Shown here one piece after another: positions 52,498-61,058 of a DNA stretch of 64,000 nt (its first letter is position 1; the number at the start of each line of letters is the position of its first letter). The stretch covers positions 47,630 through 111,629 of the IMG/VR virus record IMGVR_UViG_3300033233_000014; one strand, given 5' to 3'. Made by a program: the position numbers and the translations under genes. Origin of the DNA: a virus. Below the pieces are notes generated by a model. The model was not told where the DNA came from. It did no database searches and worked only from the letters and a program-made list of their open reading frames with translations.

Positions 52498-52512
52498 CGG
52501 GCGCCTCCCGCG

Positions 52513-52716
52513 CTACTTCTTCTCGTCAGCCGGTGCCGCCGGCGGCGTGGCCGTCGCGGGCGTAGCCGGCGCCTCAGCCGTGGTGGGCGTCGCCGGCTTC
52601 GCCGGGGTGCCGCCCCCGAACACGCCGGTGGCGTAGGCCACGACCGCCGCGATCACCGCGGCCAGCAGCCCGAGCCAGGTCTTCTTGTCCTTCAGCAGCG
52701 CGACGATCTTGTCCAT
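52513..52716 (-). CDS. small membrane protein (holin-like)
   Basis: KKTW plus one TM helix, Pro/Ala tail; AAGGAG SD. Confidence 0.6.
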   Translation of the reverse strand: MDKIVALLKDKKTWLGLLAAVIAAVVAYATGVFGGGTPAKPATPTTAEAPATPATATPPAAPADEKK

Positions 52717-52734
52717 CGGGAATCTCCTTGGCCG

Positions 52735-53949
52735 CTAGAACGGCCGATGTGTGGGCGGACTCGGCGCGGCGAGCACCGAGTGCGGCCGGGCCCAGCGCGG
52801 CGAGAGGATGTCGCTGAGTTCGATGGGCTCCTCGCTCTTGCCGACCTGGGCCTTGCCCTCGGAATTCAGCAGCGCCCCGCGATGCCAGAACAGCCGGGCC
52901 GCGTCCAGCATGCCATACGCGTTGAACGTCGTGCCACGCGTGAACGCCTTCTCCCAGTCGGTGATCGCGTTCGCCATGTTGATCATGCGGCGCAGGTGCT
53001 GGCGATGGCCTTCGTCCTGCCCGCGGGCATCGATGTCGGCATTCCGCTTGCCCCGTTCGTCCTCGGCGCGTTCTTCGTTCTTGACTCGGCGATTCCGATC
53101 AAGGTAGGCCACATTCTTCGTCAGGTTGATCTCCGCATCGGTCGCCACCACGCGCCCGGCGACGGTCTTGAGCGGCGTGTCCCGCGACGCGCCGACGAGC
53201 GCCGCGAGGCCGTCATCGTGCCACGCGAATTCCCCGCCCGCCTTCGCCTTCTCCCGCAACTGGTCGCGCGGGGACAACTTGGCGTAGGCCGCGGCGTCGT
53301 CAATCTTCACTTCGGGCTTGGGCTTCTCGGCCGGCTTCTTCTCGGGCTCCTCTCCGAGATCGGGCCGCATGTAGACGCCTGGCGCACCATGCCGCCGCGA
53401 CTCCCACGCCAACTTCGACCGCCGATGCGCCGCGCTCGGCGAGATGGCCTTGTCGAGCGACCGCTCGAAGTGGCCGACTACCGCATCGGCGAGATTGTCT
53501 TGGATGGACACGAGTTCATCCGCACCATAGAGATCGGTAATGTCGCGCCCATCGGCATCGGTGATGCTCAACACGGAGGCGGACGGGTTCGATCCCGGTT
53601 CGTCCCGCGTCTGTCGCTCGCCGGGCTCGAACTCGTACTCGATGCGCACGAGCGGCTCGCCCTCGTCGACGCTCTCGGGCGTCTCGGCGTAATACACGCC
53701 CTCTCCGCCGCGCCGCGACGGCCACTTGTCCTTCGCGTCCTTCAAATCGAAGCCCTTGATCGGCGGGCGCTTCTCGGTCGGAGTACGCGGCTCGTCCGGC
53801 ATCCTCCTCGACCCACGCGCCTCGGCTTCCCGCCGCTCGGCGCCAGAGCGTTCGCGCTTCTGCCACGCCCGCTTCGCGCCCCCAGACGTGCCGATCTTCG
53901 TCAGCACGTCACCAACGAGCGTCGCCGCCAGTTCGCGCATCGTGCTCAC
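52735..53949 (-). CDS. putative internal virion protein (2 AW-motif copies)
   Basis: KRAWQKR, KLAWESR. Confidence 0.72.
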   Translation of the reverse strand: MSTMRELAATLVGDVLTKIGTSGGAKRAWQKRERSGAERREAEARGSRRMPDEPRTPTEKRPPIKGFDLKDAKDKWPSRRGGEGVYYAETPESVDEGEPLVRIEYEFEPGERQTRDEPGSNPSASVLSITDADGRDITDLYGADELVSIQDNLADAVVGHFERSLDKAISPSAAHRRSKLAWESRRHGAPGVYMRPDLGEEPEKKPAEKPKPEVKIDDAAAYAKLSPRDQLREKAKAGGEFAWHDDGLAALVGASRDTPLKTVAGRVVATDAEINLTKNVAYLDRNRRVKNEERAEDERGKRNADIDARGQDEGHRQHLRRMINMANAITDWEKAFTRGTTFNAYGMLDAARLFWHRGALLNSEGKAQVGKSEEPIELSDILSPRWARPHSVLAAPSPPTHRPF

Positions 53950-55232
53950 GCCGCCGCTCCCGCCGGCACCATGCCCGGCATCGCCGCGCCCTCTTCCTCC
54001 TCGTGGATCGCCGCGAGGATCTTCCCGAAGTCCTCGGCCGGCATGCGCTGCATCCGCACCTTGGCCTGCTGGAACGCCTGCGGCGTCGGGTAGTTCTGCG
54101 GGTTCATGTTGGTGAGGAAGTCGCGCTTGAGTTGGTCGATGGTCCGGCCCTTGCCCCGCTGGCCCAGCGTCGTCTTGAAGCCCGCCATCTCCTCCACGTC
54201 CTCCGACTGATTCGTGAGGCCGTGGCGCGCCATGATGCTCTGGACCTTCCGGGTGGACGCCTGATCGACCGTCGCCCGGACGTGCGGCGTCGTCGGGGCT
54301 CCCGCCGGTGCGCCTGCCGGCGCCGCCTCCGGCTGTTCCTCTGGGGCGGCCGGCATCGCCGGCGGGGCTGCCGCGGCCGGCGGAGCCATCGGCGCCTCGG
54401 CCGGCATCTCCGGCATCTCGGCGCCCGGGGCCTCAGCCGGTGCCGCGCCCGACGGTGCGCCCGGCACGGCCCGTTCTCCGGCCCGACGCCGCGTCTCCCA
54501 CGCCTGCTGCGCCCGCGCGGACGCCGCGCTCGGGTCGATCTTGGACATCACATCGCCGACGATGGCCGCCACGAGCGCCGCCGCCGCGGTCCGAATGCCG
54601 CCCATCGGGACGATGTTCACCTTCCCTACGGGCGCCGCCGGCATCGCCGGCTTGGCCGCCGGTGGCGCCTGGTGGGGCTGCTTCCACGGCGGCGGCTTCG
54701 GGGCCGGAGGCGCCTGCTCGGCCTCGGGCTGCGCGTACTCGCCCGGCGGGCGCGAATCGAAACCTTCGGGCCCGCCCAGATGGCCCGGCACCGTCATGTC
54801 GTAGGCGGCCTTCTCCGATGCCTTCTTGAGATGCGCCCGCGCGTTCTTGCGGCACATCGAGAAGGCGATCGCTACGGCCTGCTTCTGTTCCTTGCCCTCG
54901 CGGATCAGGAGCGGGATCTTCGCCGACACACAGCGCCGGATGGCCGCCGAGTCCTGCGCCTTCTCGAGTTCGGTGGTGCAGGCGCGCAGGATCGTGGTGA
55001 GTTCGGGACAGGTGTCGCACTCCACGCGGTCGCCAAAGACGATCGCCCGCTCGAGCACCTGTTGGAACTCGGCGAGCAGCGCCGTCTCCTCGGCCGGGCT
55101 CAGCTCGGCATCCAGCGGCTCGAGCGCCTTCTCGACCCGCGCCGACGGCAGCACCGGCGGCACGTAGCCCGACGGCGCGGTCAACGTCTTGGCGAACAGG
55201 CCGCTGGTCGTCTCGCTGGCGAAGTTGCGCAT
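53946..55232 (-). CDS. putative head-associated protein (AW motif)
   Basis: CVSAKIPLLIREGKEQKQAVAIAFSMC, a motif type seen in phage head-module proteins; QQAWETR; several xEKA sites. Confidence 0.72.
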   Translation of the reverse strand: MRNFASETTSGLFAKTLTAPSGYVPPVLPSARVEKALEPLDAELSPAEETALLAEFQQVLERAIVFGDRVECDTCPELTTILRACTTELEKAQDSAAIRRCVSAKIPLLIREGKEQKQAVAIAFSMCRKNARAHLKKASEKAAYDMTVPGHLGGPEGFDSRPPGEYAQPEAEQAPPAPKPPPWKQPHQAPPAAKPAMPAAPVGKVNIVPMGGIRTAAAALVAAIVGDVMSKIDPSAASARAQQAWETRRRAGERAVPGAPSGAAPAEAPGAEMPEMPAEAPMAPPAAAAPPAMPAAPEEQPEAAPAGAPAGAPTTPHVRATVDQASTRKVQSIMARHGLTNQSEDVEEMAGFKTTLGQRGKGRTIDQLKRDFLTNMNPQNYPTPQAFQQAKVRMQRMPAEDFGKILAAIHEEEEGAAMPGMVPAGAAA

Positions 55233-55278
55233 GCCGCCTCCCCGTGGCCCGGCATCCTATCCATTCCCCGGGATGTTG

Positions 55279-56007
55279 TCAGCGCTTTGTCGGCTCGGTG
55301 CCTGGCTCCGTGCGCTCATGAACGGCCTGGGAGTAGTTCCCCAGGGCATCGTCGAGCGCAGTGCGCGCTTCGTGCAGCGTCTCGACGGCCGCCTCGATCT
55401 TCTCGCCGGCGTTCTGCACGTCCTCCCAATTCGGATTCCCGCCCGGGGAGGAATCGAGTCGCGCCGGGCCCGGCTTGAGCAGATCCCGCACCTGGGGCAA
55501 CTTCATCGTCACGGCATTCAGCCGTTCCAGCGCCTGCTTCGTGGCGTCCGTCCGGAACTGCTCCGGCAGCGCCTCTCCGAGTTGCCGGTACGCCTTGGCC
55601 GCGTCCTCCACCTTCTCGGATGCCTCGCGGAAGTTCTCGATCGCGCTGGCGTACTGGCGCTCGTCGACGACGTAGGTGCCCTCGAGGCGATCCGTCCGCA
55701 GGGCATCTCCCAGATCGCTCTCGCCCGCCGTGCGCGCCGCATCGGCGTCCTCCGCCTGCTCATCCCCGAGATCCAGGCGATTGCTCAACTCGGTGAGATG
55801 CGCCCGCGTCATCGGCGCCGACGGCGTCTCGGGCTTCGCCCGTTCCCGCTTCTGCCACGCCTTCTTCGCCCGTTCCGAGGCCGACTCGGGGGAGATGGTC
55901 TTCTCCACGACCGCCGCGAGGATCTCCTCGGGGTCGACCGGCGTCACCGGCCCGCGCAGCGCCTTCTCGAGCACGCCGCCAAACTGCACGCTCGCGGGAA
56001 TGCGCAT
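55279..56007 (-). CDS. putative internal virion protein (AW motif)
   Basis: GGAGG SD; VEKTISPESASERAKKAWQKR. Confidence 0.72.
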   Translation of the reverse strand: MRIPASVQFGGVLEKALRGPVTPVDPEEILAAVVEKTISPESASERAKKAWQKRERAKPETPSAPMTRAHLTELSNRLDLGDEQAEDADAARTAGESDLGDALRTDRLEGTYVVDERQYASAIENFREASEKVEDAAKAYRQLGEALPEQFRTDATKQALERLNAVTMKLPQVRDLLKPGPARLDSSPGGNPNWEDVQNAGEKIEAAVETLHEARTALDDALGNYSQAVHERTEPGTEPTKR

Positions 56008-56009
56008 GG

Positions 56010-56342
56010 CTAGTCCTCCACGGGTTCGGCCCGCGTATAGGTGCCGCGCGCATGTTGCGCCAGCAGCATCACGAGGAACCGCTTGCCGTCTTCCGGCATC
56101 ACCGGCGAAAGCCGATCGGTCTTGTTCTCCGGCGTCTGGAAATCGACGTCGTACTCCGCCCCGATGTCGTTGAGCAACGGCAGATCGTTGCGGTGCGGGC
56201 GGAGGCCGTGCTGCTTCCACTCGTGGAACTTCTCCCGATCACCGCTGATCATCTTGGCCGCGCCGTCCTGCAGGCGGATCTCGGTGACCGTCCGCTCCTT
56301 CTCACCATCCGTCGTCACAATTCGCACGCCGCGGAGTGCCAT
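56010..56342 (-). CDS. hypothetical protein
   Basis: ORF directly downstream of the kinase gene. Confidence 0.65.
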   Translation of the reverse strand: MALRGVRIVTTDGEKERTVTEIRLQDGAAKMISGDREKFHEWKQHGLRPHRNDLPLLNDIGAEYDVDFQTPENKTDRLSPVMPEDGKRFLVMLLAQHARGTYTRAEPVED

Positions 56343-56345
56343 CGC

Positions 56346-57731
56346 TTACCTCTTCGCCTCGAGATCGGCCGCCCGGCCGAGGACGCGGTAGTATCCGCCA
56401 TCCGGCCAGGCGCCCGCCCTGGCGTAGTGCTGGAGTGCGCGGAGACGATATCCCGCGCTCCGCGCGTCCCGTTTCTCGAATCCCTGCTCGGTCATGATGG
56501 CCTCGACCCGTTCGGGGGTGAGCGAGAGGATCTCTTCCTGCACCGGCTCCGGGATCTTGCGCCCCCGGAGGTAGTCGAGCGGATCGTTCCGAAACTCATC
56601 GACCTCCATGTCCCGCGGGAACGCGAGGCCATTATCGATGGCGTACCACCGGCCATCGTCCCCTCGCCGGAGGTTATGCCCATGCCGATCGGTGTTGGCG
56701 GTGATGAGGTCGAGCGCCACGATGCGATGCTTGTCCTCGTGGTGCCGCTCTGCCTCAAGGACGTTGGAGGGGATCTCGTCAGGATCGCGGCCCTTCACGA
56801 ATGCCATGACGTGCCCTTCGCCGGAACTCACCTTCTCGCTGAGTTTGAACCGCCCGGCCAGCCCTCCGGCGCCTTGGAGCTGCTCGCGGCGCGCCTGGAG
56901 AAGACGCTCGTCTTTGCCGTAGTCGACAACCTCGACCGGCGGCACCACGTCGAACCCGGCCGTCGCGCTGATCTGGAAGGCCGCCATCTCGCGCCGCGCC
57001 TCGGGCGGATCCTTGGATAGCGTGGGGCGGAGGGGTCTCCCACCGCGGTCTTCGTAGAACGCGAGTCCCGTCTCCTGCGTCGGCTTGAAGATCCCCCGCG
57101 TTCCGTCGGCGAATTTGACGATGTACACCTGGCCGACGTTCTGCTTCCCGCTGAGGCGCTTCAGGCTGCTGATCTTGCTGTTGTCCGCATGCGCGCTCCG
57201 AATCGTGTCCCGGTTCTGCTCTACGGCCTTCTGCGGGTTGCGCAGCGGCTTCTCCGCCAACGGCTTCGAAGGTTCTCGCTTGGGTTCCGGCTTGGGTTCC
57301 GGCTTCGGTTCCGCCTTGGGGGGCTCGGGCGGCGCCGGCTTCGCCGACGGGGGCTTGGGCGGAGGCGCCGGCGCAGCTTTCGGCGCGGGGGCCGCCTTCG
57401 GAGCCGCCAGCGCCGGCTTCGGGGGCGGGACGGGATGCCCGGCCTCCAGCGCCTGGCGCCGCAGGCTTGCCTCTTCGAAGACCTGATCGGCCTGGTGCTG
57501 GCGGTTCCCGGCCTCCACGAAGCGCTTCTTCCGTCGTAGCGCCACCGCCTCCTGCGCCAGCCCCTCGGCGAACACCCGCTGCCGCTTCTCCCACGCCTTG
57601 AAGCCGGCCGCGACCCGCACCGGATCCTTGCCGGCCGTGGTCTTCTCCACGATATCCGGTGCTCGCACCGGCGCTCGCTCGAGCGCGGCGAGGAACCCGC
57701 CCCGGAAGCCCTCGCTCAACGTGGTGCGCAT
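56346..57731 (-). CDS. PI3K/PI4K/HipA-like kinase domain protein with AW-motif leader
   Basis: GIFKP, REMAAF, VVPP, LDLITANTDRHGHN (catalytic loop), AIDNGLAFP. Confidence 0.85.
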   Translation of the reverse strand: MRTTLSEGFRGGFLAALERAPVRAPDIVEKTTAGKDPVRVAAGFKAWEKRQRVFAEGLAQEAVALRRKKRFVEAGNRQHQADQVFEEASLRRQALEAGHPVPPPKPALAAPKAAPAPKAAPAPPPKPPSAKPAPPEPPKAEPKPEPKPEPKREPSKPLAEKPLRNPQKAVEQNRDTIRSAHADNSKISSLKRLSGKQNVGQVYIVKFADGTRGIFKPTQETGLAFYEDRGGRPLRPTLSKDPPEARREMAAFQISATAGFDVVPPVEVVDYGKDERLLQARREQLQGAGGLAGRFKLSEKVSSGEGHVMAFVKGRDPDEIPSNVLEAERHHEDKHRIVALDLITANTDRHGHNLRRGDDGRWYAIDNGLAFPRDMEVDEFRNDPLDYLRGRKIPEPVQEEILSLTPERVEAIMTEQGFEKRDARSAGYRLRALQHYARAGAWPDGGYYRVLGRAADLEAKR

Positions 57732-58030
57732 CAGCCTCCGACGATCTCGGACATCTGGCCCGGCATCTCGGTCACGATCTCCGGGCCGTCTCCCGCGCGC
57801 CGCGCCTGGATCAGCTTCCAGAGATCGCCCTTGCTGCCGTCCTTGCGGAAGCGGAGCCGGATGATCGTGTTGCACGCCTCGTTCGGGCAGCCGTAGTAGA
57901 CGTGGACGACCTCGATGACGGCGCCTTCCATCGACAACTCGTGGAAGGGCCCGGTGTCGGTGAACGCCTTCACCATCTTGCGCCCGCACATCGGGCAGAG
58001 CATGCGCTTCTTGGCGATGTGGATGGCCAC
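57731..58030 (-). CDS. zinc-ribbon protein
   Basis: CPMCG...CPNEAC. Confidence 0.65.
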   Translation of the reverse strand: MAIHIAKKRMLCPMCGRKMVKAFTDTGPFHELSMEGAVIEVVHVYYGCPNEACNTIIRLRFRKDGSKGDLWKLIQARRAGDGPEIVTEMPGQMSEIVGG

Positions 58031-58092
58031 GACGTTCCGAGTCTACCCCGCCACTCCGGACGAGGACAACTTTTCCTGTGCCTCCGGCGTCT

Positions 58093-58446
58093 TCACGGCT
58101 GGACCGAGGACTCGTGGATCTCGGAATCGCCTTCGGGGCGCACGGTGATGTCGAAGTTGATCCTGGAGGGGAGGCTCCGCAGGCGCAAGTGCAGGTTGCC
58201 GTCGATGAACTCCGGTCCCCACATCATGATGTGTATCGCCTTGTGCTCGATGAGTTCTTTCGTCAGCCGACATACCGTCCCTGCCGGATCCACCGACGTC
58301 TCGAACATCGCGTCCGGCGCGAAGGCCGTCTCCAAGACGGCGATGAAGTCCTGCGGCGCGGTGAGCACACGCGGCAGGTTGCCCCAGCGCTGCTGCGGCT
58401 GTTTCAGCCTCGGAACGATTCCCGGGCTGCTCGCGGGATGTCTCAT
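58093..58446 (-). CDS. hypothetical protein
   Basis: ATGA-coupled ORF. Confidence 0.55.
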   Translation of the reverse strand: MRHPASSPGIVPRLKQPQQRWGNLPRVLTAPQDFIAVLETAFAPDAMFETSVDPAGTVCRLTKELIEHKAIHIMMWGPEFIDGNLHLRLRSLPSRINFDITVRPEGDSEIHESSVQP

Positions 58447-59186
58447 GCCCGAGGAGCGGCCTCGTCCGCCAGCCTCCGAGACTCCCGGAACCCGCCCTCG
58501 GCCTCGAACTGCTCGGCCAGTTGCACGAGGAACGTGAGGAACGGCTCTTGCCGCAGCGCCCCCCACTCAGGCGTCCGGGGCAACAGGCGCAGCACGCGCT
58601 CCCGAATGTCGCCCTTTCGCTGGGCCTCCAAGCACGCCTGGTGGGCGTACTCCTCGCCGCAGTTGAACACGAAGGGCATGCCCGGCCCGTCCCCGGGCTT
58701 CTCGCCACAGAGTCGGCACACGCCTTCCTTCCGGGCGGCCTGCACCTTGGGCGTCGGATTCGCCGGATCCGGCGTGATCCAGGTGCCTGGCGTGGCGAGC
58801 AGCGCGAGGACGCCGTGGATCGAGACGCCGACGACCCCGCCGGTGCTCCCATCCTCACACGCCTCCCAGTACAGGGTGATGAGGTGGTTCTTCCACTCGG
58901 CGATCCGCGAGGTGTTCTTCCAGAACACCTCGAGCATGTCGCCTTCCTCGTTGAAGAACACGCCGGGGCTGAACGGCTCGCGCGGCAACTTGTCGAGTTC
59001 GGCCAGGAGCACGTCGAGCGAGGCGTTGGCGGGCAACTTCCGCCGGAGCATCTCCCGCTCGAAGCCCTCCACCAACTGGCTCGCCGCGATGGCCTCGCGC
59101 GTCTTGCGCTGCGCCACTTCCCGGGCCAGCGCGAGCGTCGTCTCGAGTGCCTTCGCCGGGATCGTCTCTAGATCCTGGACACTCAT
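58443..59186 (-). CDS. hypothetical protein
   Basis: ATGA-coupled; CRLCG...AHQAC. Confidence 0.65.
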   Translation of the reverse strand: MSVQDLETIPAKALETTLALAREVAQRKTREAIAASQLVEGFEREMLRRKLPANASLDVLLAELDKLPREPFSPGVFFNEEGDMLEVFWKNTSRIAEWKNHLITLYWEACEDGSTGGVVGVSIHGVLALLATPGTWITPDPANPTPKVQAARKEGVCRLCGEKPGDGPGMPFVFNCGEEYAHQACLEAQRKGDIRERVLRLLPRTPEWGALRQEPFLTFLVQLAEQFEAEGGFRESRRLADEAAPRA

Positions 59187-59680
59187 GCCGGCGCGCCCTC
59201 CACCGGCGGCGTGCTCGCCACCACCGGCGGCGGGGATGTTACCTCTGCGGCCGGGGCCGGCGCCGCTGCTTTCGCCGCCGCCTCCTTCGCCGCTTCCTGC
59301 TTCTTCAACTCGTTCGACGACGCCTGGAGTTCCTCCATGATCTGCTTCGCCCGCTCCGTGACTTCCGCCCGGTTGATGAGCCCCTTGCGCTCCAGCACGT
59401 CGAGCAGCGCCGCGAACATGACGTGGACGGAGTTGATCTCGTGCTGGTGCGCTGCGAGGTGCCGGCTCACGCTCTGGGTGAGCCCCGCGGCGACTGCCTG
59501 CTGGACCTGGGTGGCCAGGGCCTGCGCCACCGCGTTGATCTCGGTCCGCGCCACGGATGTCGCCAACCTTCCGTAGTCGTCCCGCGTCATGATCGTCGGC
59601 CGCCGTCCCCCGAGGACGTCGATCGGCTCGAACAGCGGCGGCCGAGACTGCGGCCTCACACTAGGCTTCGGCGGTTCCAT
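59183..59680 (-). CDS. hypothetical protein
   Basis: ALLDVLERKGLINRAEV. Confidence 0.62.
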   Translation of the reverse strand: MEPPKPSVRPQSRPPLFEPIDVLGGRRPTIMTRDDYGRLATSVARTEINAVAQALATQVQQAVAAGLTQSVSRHLAAHQHEINSVHVMFAALLDVLERKGLINRAEVTERAKQIMEELQASSNELKKQEAAKEAAAKAAAPAPAAEVTSPPPVVASTPPVEGAPA

Positions 59681-61058
59681 AGCGTTGCTCCTCTGCCCAC
59701 CCGCCCCACTTGTAAAGCCCCTCGACCTGGGCCAGCGTCTTCGCCATCGCCGAGTCGAACCCGAGGCTGGCGATCGTGCGCGTGACCGCATCCGTGATGT
59801 CCACCGGCTCGAGGATGAGCTGCCGGCCCTTGCCGCGCCCGCGCTCGACAGCCAGCGCCATCGCGTAGTTGACCGCCTCGACGACGTGCGCCCCGCTCGC
59901 CCGCGCCTTCGCCAACTCGTGCGCCGCCCGTTGCAACTGCTGCGGATCGCCGGCGTAGGACACGTTGCGCTTCGCCAGCGTCCGGCGGAGCAGGTCGAAC
60001 GCCTGCTGGGGCGCCGGCGGGCCCAGGAGCAACTTCACGTCGAAGCGTCCGGGGCGCTGGGTGAGGGCGCTGTCCAGCACTTCGGCGTAGTTCGATGAGA
60101 GGATCGTGATCACACCCTTGTTGCTCTCGACCCCGTCGAGCAGGTTGAGCAGATCGCCCAGCAGGGGATGGAACTGGCCGAGCCGCCGATCCAGGCCGAA
60201 CACGTCGGCGTCCTCGAGCAGCACGACGGTGGGGGCGATCTCGCGGGCGAAGTCGTAGATGTGCTGGAAGCCCATCTCGATCACCTGCGCCGGCGAGCAC
60301 CAGATGAAGGCGCAGTCGAGCTTCTTCGCCAGCACCTTCATCGACATCGACTTCCCGGTGCCCGGCGGGCCCGCCAGGATGATGCCGCGCTTGTTCGGGA
60401 TGCCGAAGCGCTCGTACTCCGCCGCGTGCTCGACCATCTGCGCGACGTTGCGGAACAGTTCCCGCTTGAGATCGTCCGGGAGAATCAAGTCCTCCTCGGT
60501 CACGTCGTCGAGTTTCAAGAACCGGCCGGTGATGTCGATCTTGGCCTTCTTGAAGAAGTTGTGGGTGGCGATCCAGTCGTCGACCGCCTTGAAGAACGCC
60601 TCGACCGCGGGCTGCTGATCAACCCGCGCGGTGACGTTCACCACCATGTGCCGCATCGCCGGGGACACCGAGAGCAGGAAGCGCTGGGGCTCGCCCTTCT
60701 CGGTGTAGCGCAGGACCGCGGAGGCATCGAAGAGCACCGAGCGCTCCTGCGTGGGGCTCACCGGGACGACGCTGAACTTGGGCGGGATCTCGTGGTGGTG
60801 GTAGTCGTCGCTGAAGACCCGCTCCCGGACGTACGACGGGGGCTTCCCGCCTCCCGCGGGCAGCGTCAACTCCTCGAAGGCCACGCCCCACAGCGGCCAG
60901 CGCCAGAACGGGACGTGCTTCTCGAACGTGCGGTGCTGGTCCAGTTTGTCGCCCAGGATCTCGCGGGCGATCGCGAAGTTCAGCCGGAGGGGACTGAAGG
61001 CGTCCCGCAGACCGGCGAAGTACTTCTCGGGGGCGAGAGGCGGAACCGGATCGCTCAC
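59661..61058 (-). CDS. classical-clade AAA+ ATPase (CDC48/FtsH/BCS1-like, single domain)
   Basis: RGIILAGPPGTGKS, LLEDAD, LLNLLDG, LDSAL.QRPGRFD. Confidence 0.92.
   Translation of the reverse strand: MSDPVPPLAPEKYFAGLRDAFSPLRLNFAIAREILGDKLDQHRTFEKHVPFWRWPLWGVAFEELTLPAGGGKPPSYVRERVFSDDYHHHEIPPKFSVVPVSPTQERSVLFDASAVLRYTEKGEPQRFLLSVSPAMRHMVVNVTARVDQQPAVEAFFKAVDDWIATHNFFKKAKIDITGRFLKLDDVTEEDLILPDDLKRELFRNVAQMVEHAAEYERFGIPNKRGIILAGPPGTGKSMSMKVLAKKLDCAFIWCSPAQVIEMGFQHIYDFAREIAPTVVLLEDADVFGLDRRLGQFHPLLGDLLNLLDGVESNKGVITILSSNYAEVLDSALTQRPGRFDVKLLLGPPAPQQAFDLLRRTLAKRNVSYAGDPQQLQRAAHELAKARASGAHVVEAVNYAMALAVERGRGKGRQLILEPVDITDAVTRTIASLGFDSAMAKTLAQVEGLYKWGGWAEEQRYGTAEA

Noticed and set aside
49858-54093. 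1411-aa plus-strand ORF and other long plus-strand ORFs (e.g. 65-1417, 31050-32876, 35984-38074, 61256-62881)
   Set aside because: Antisense shadows of high-GC minus-strand genes: Arg/Leu/Pro-rich, no motifs, and the opposite strand has SD sites, coupling and recognisable domains
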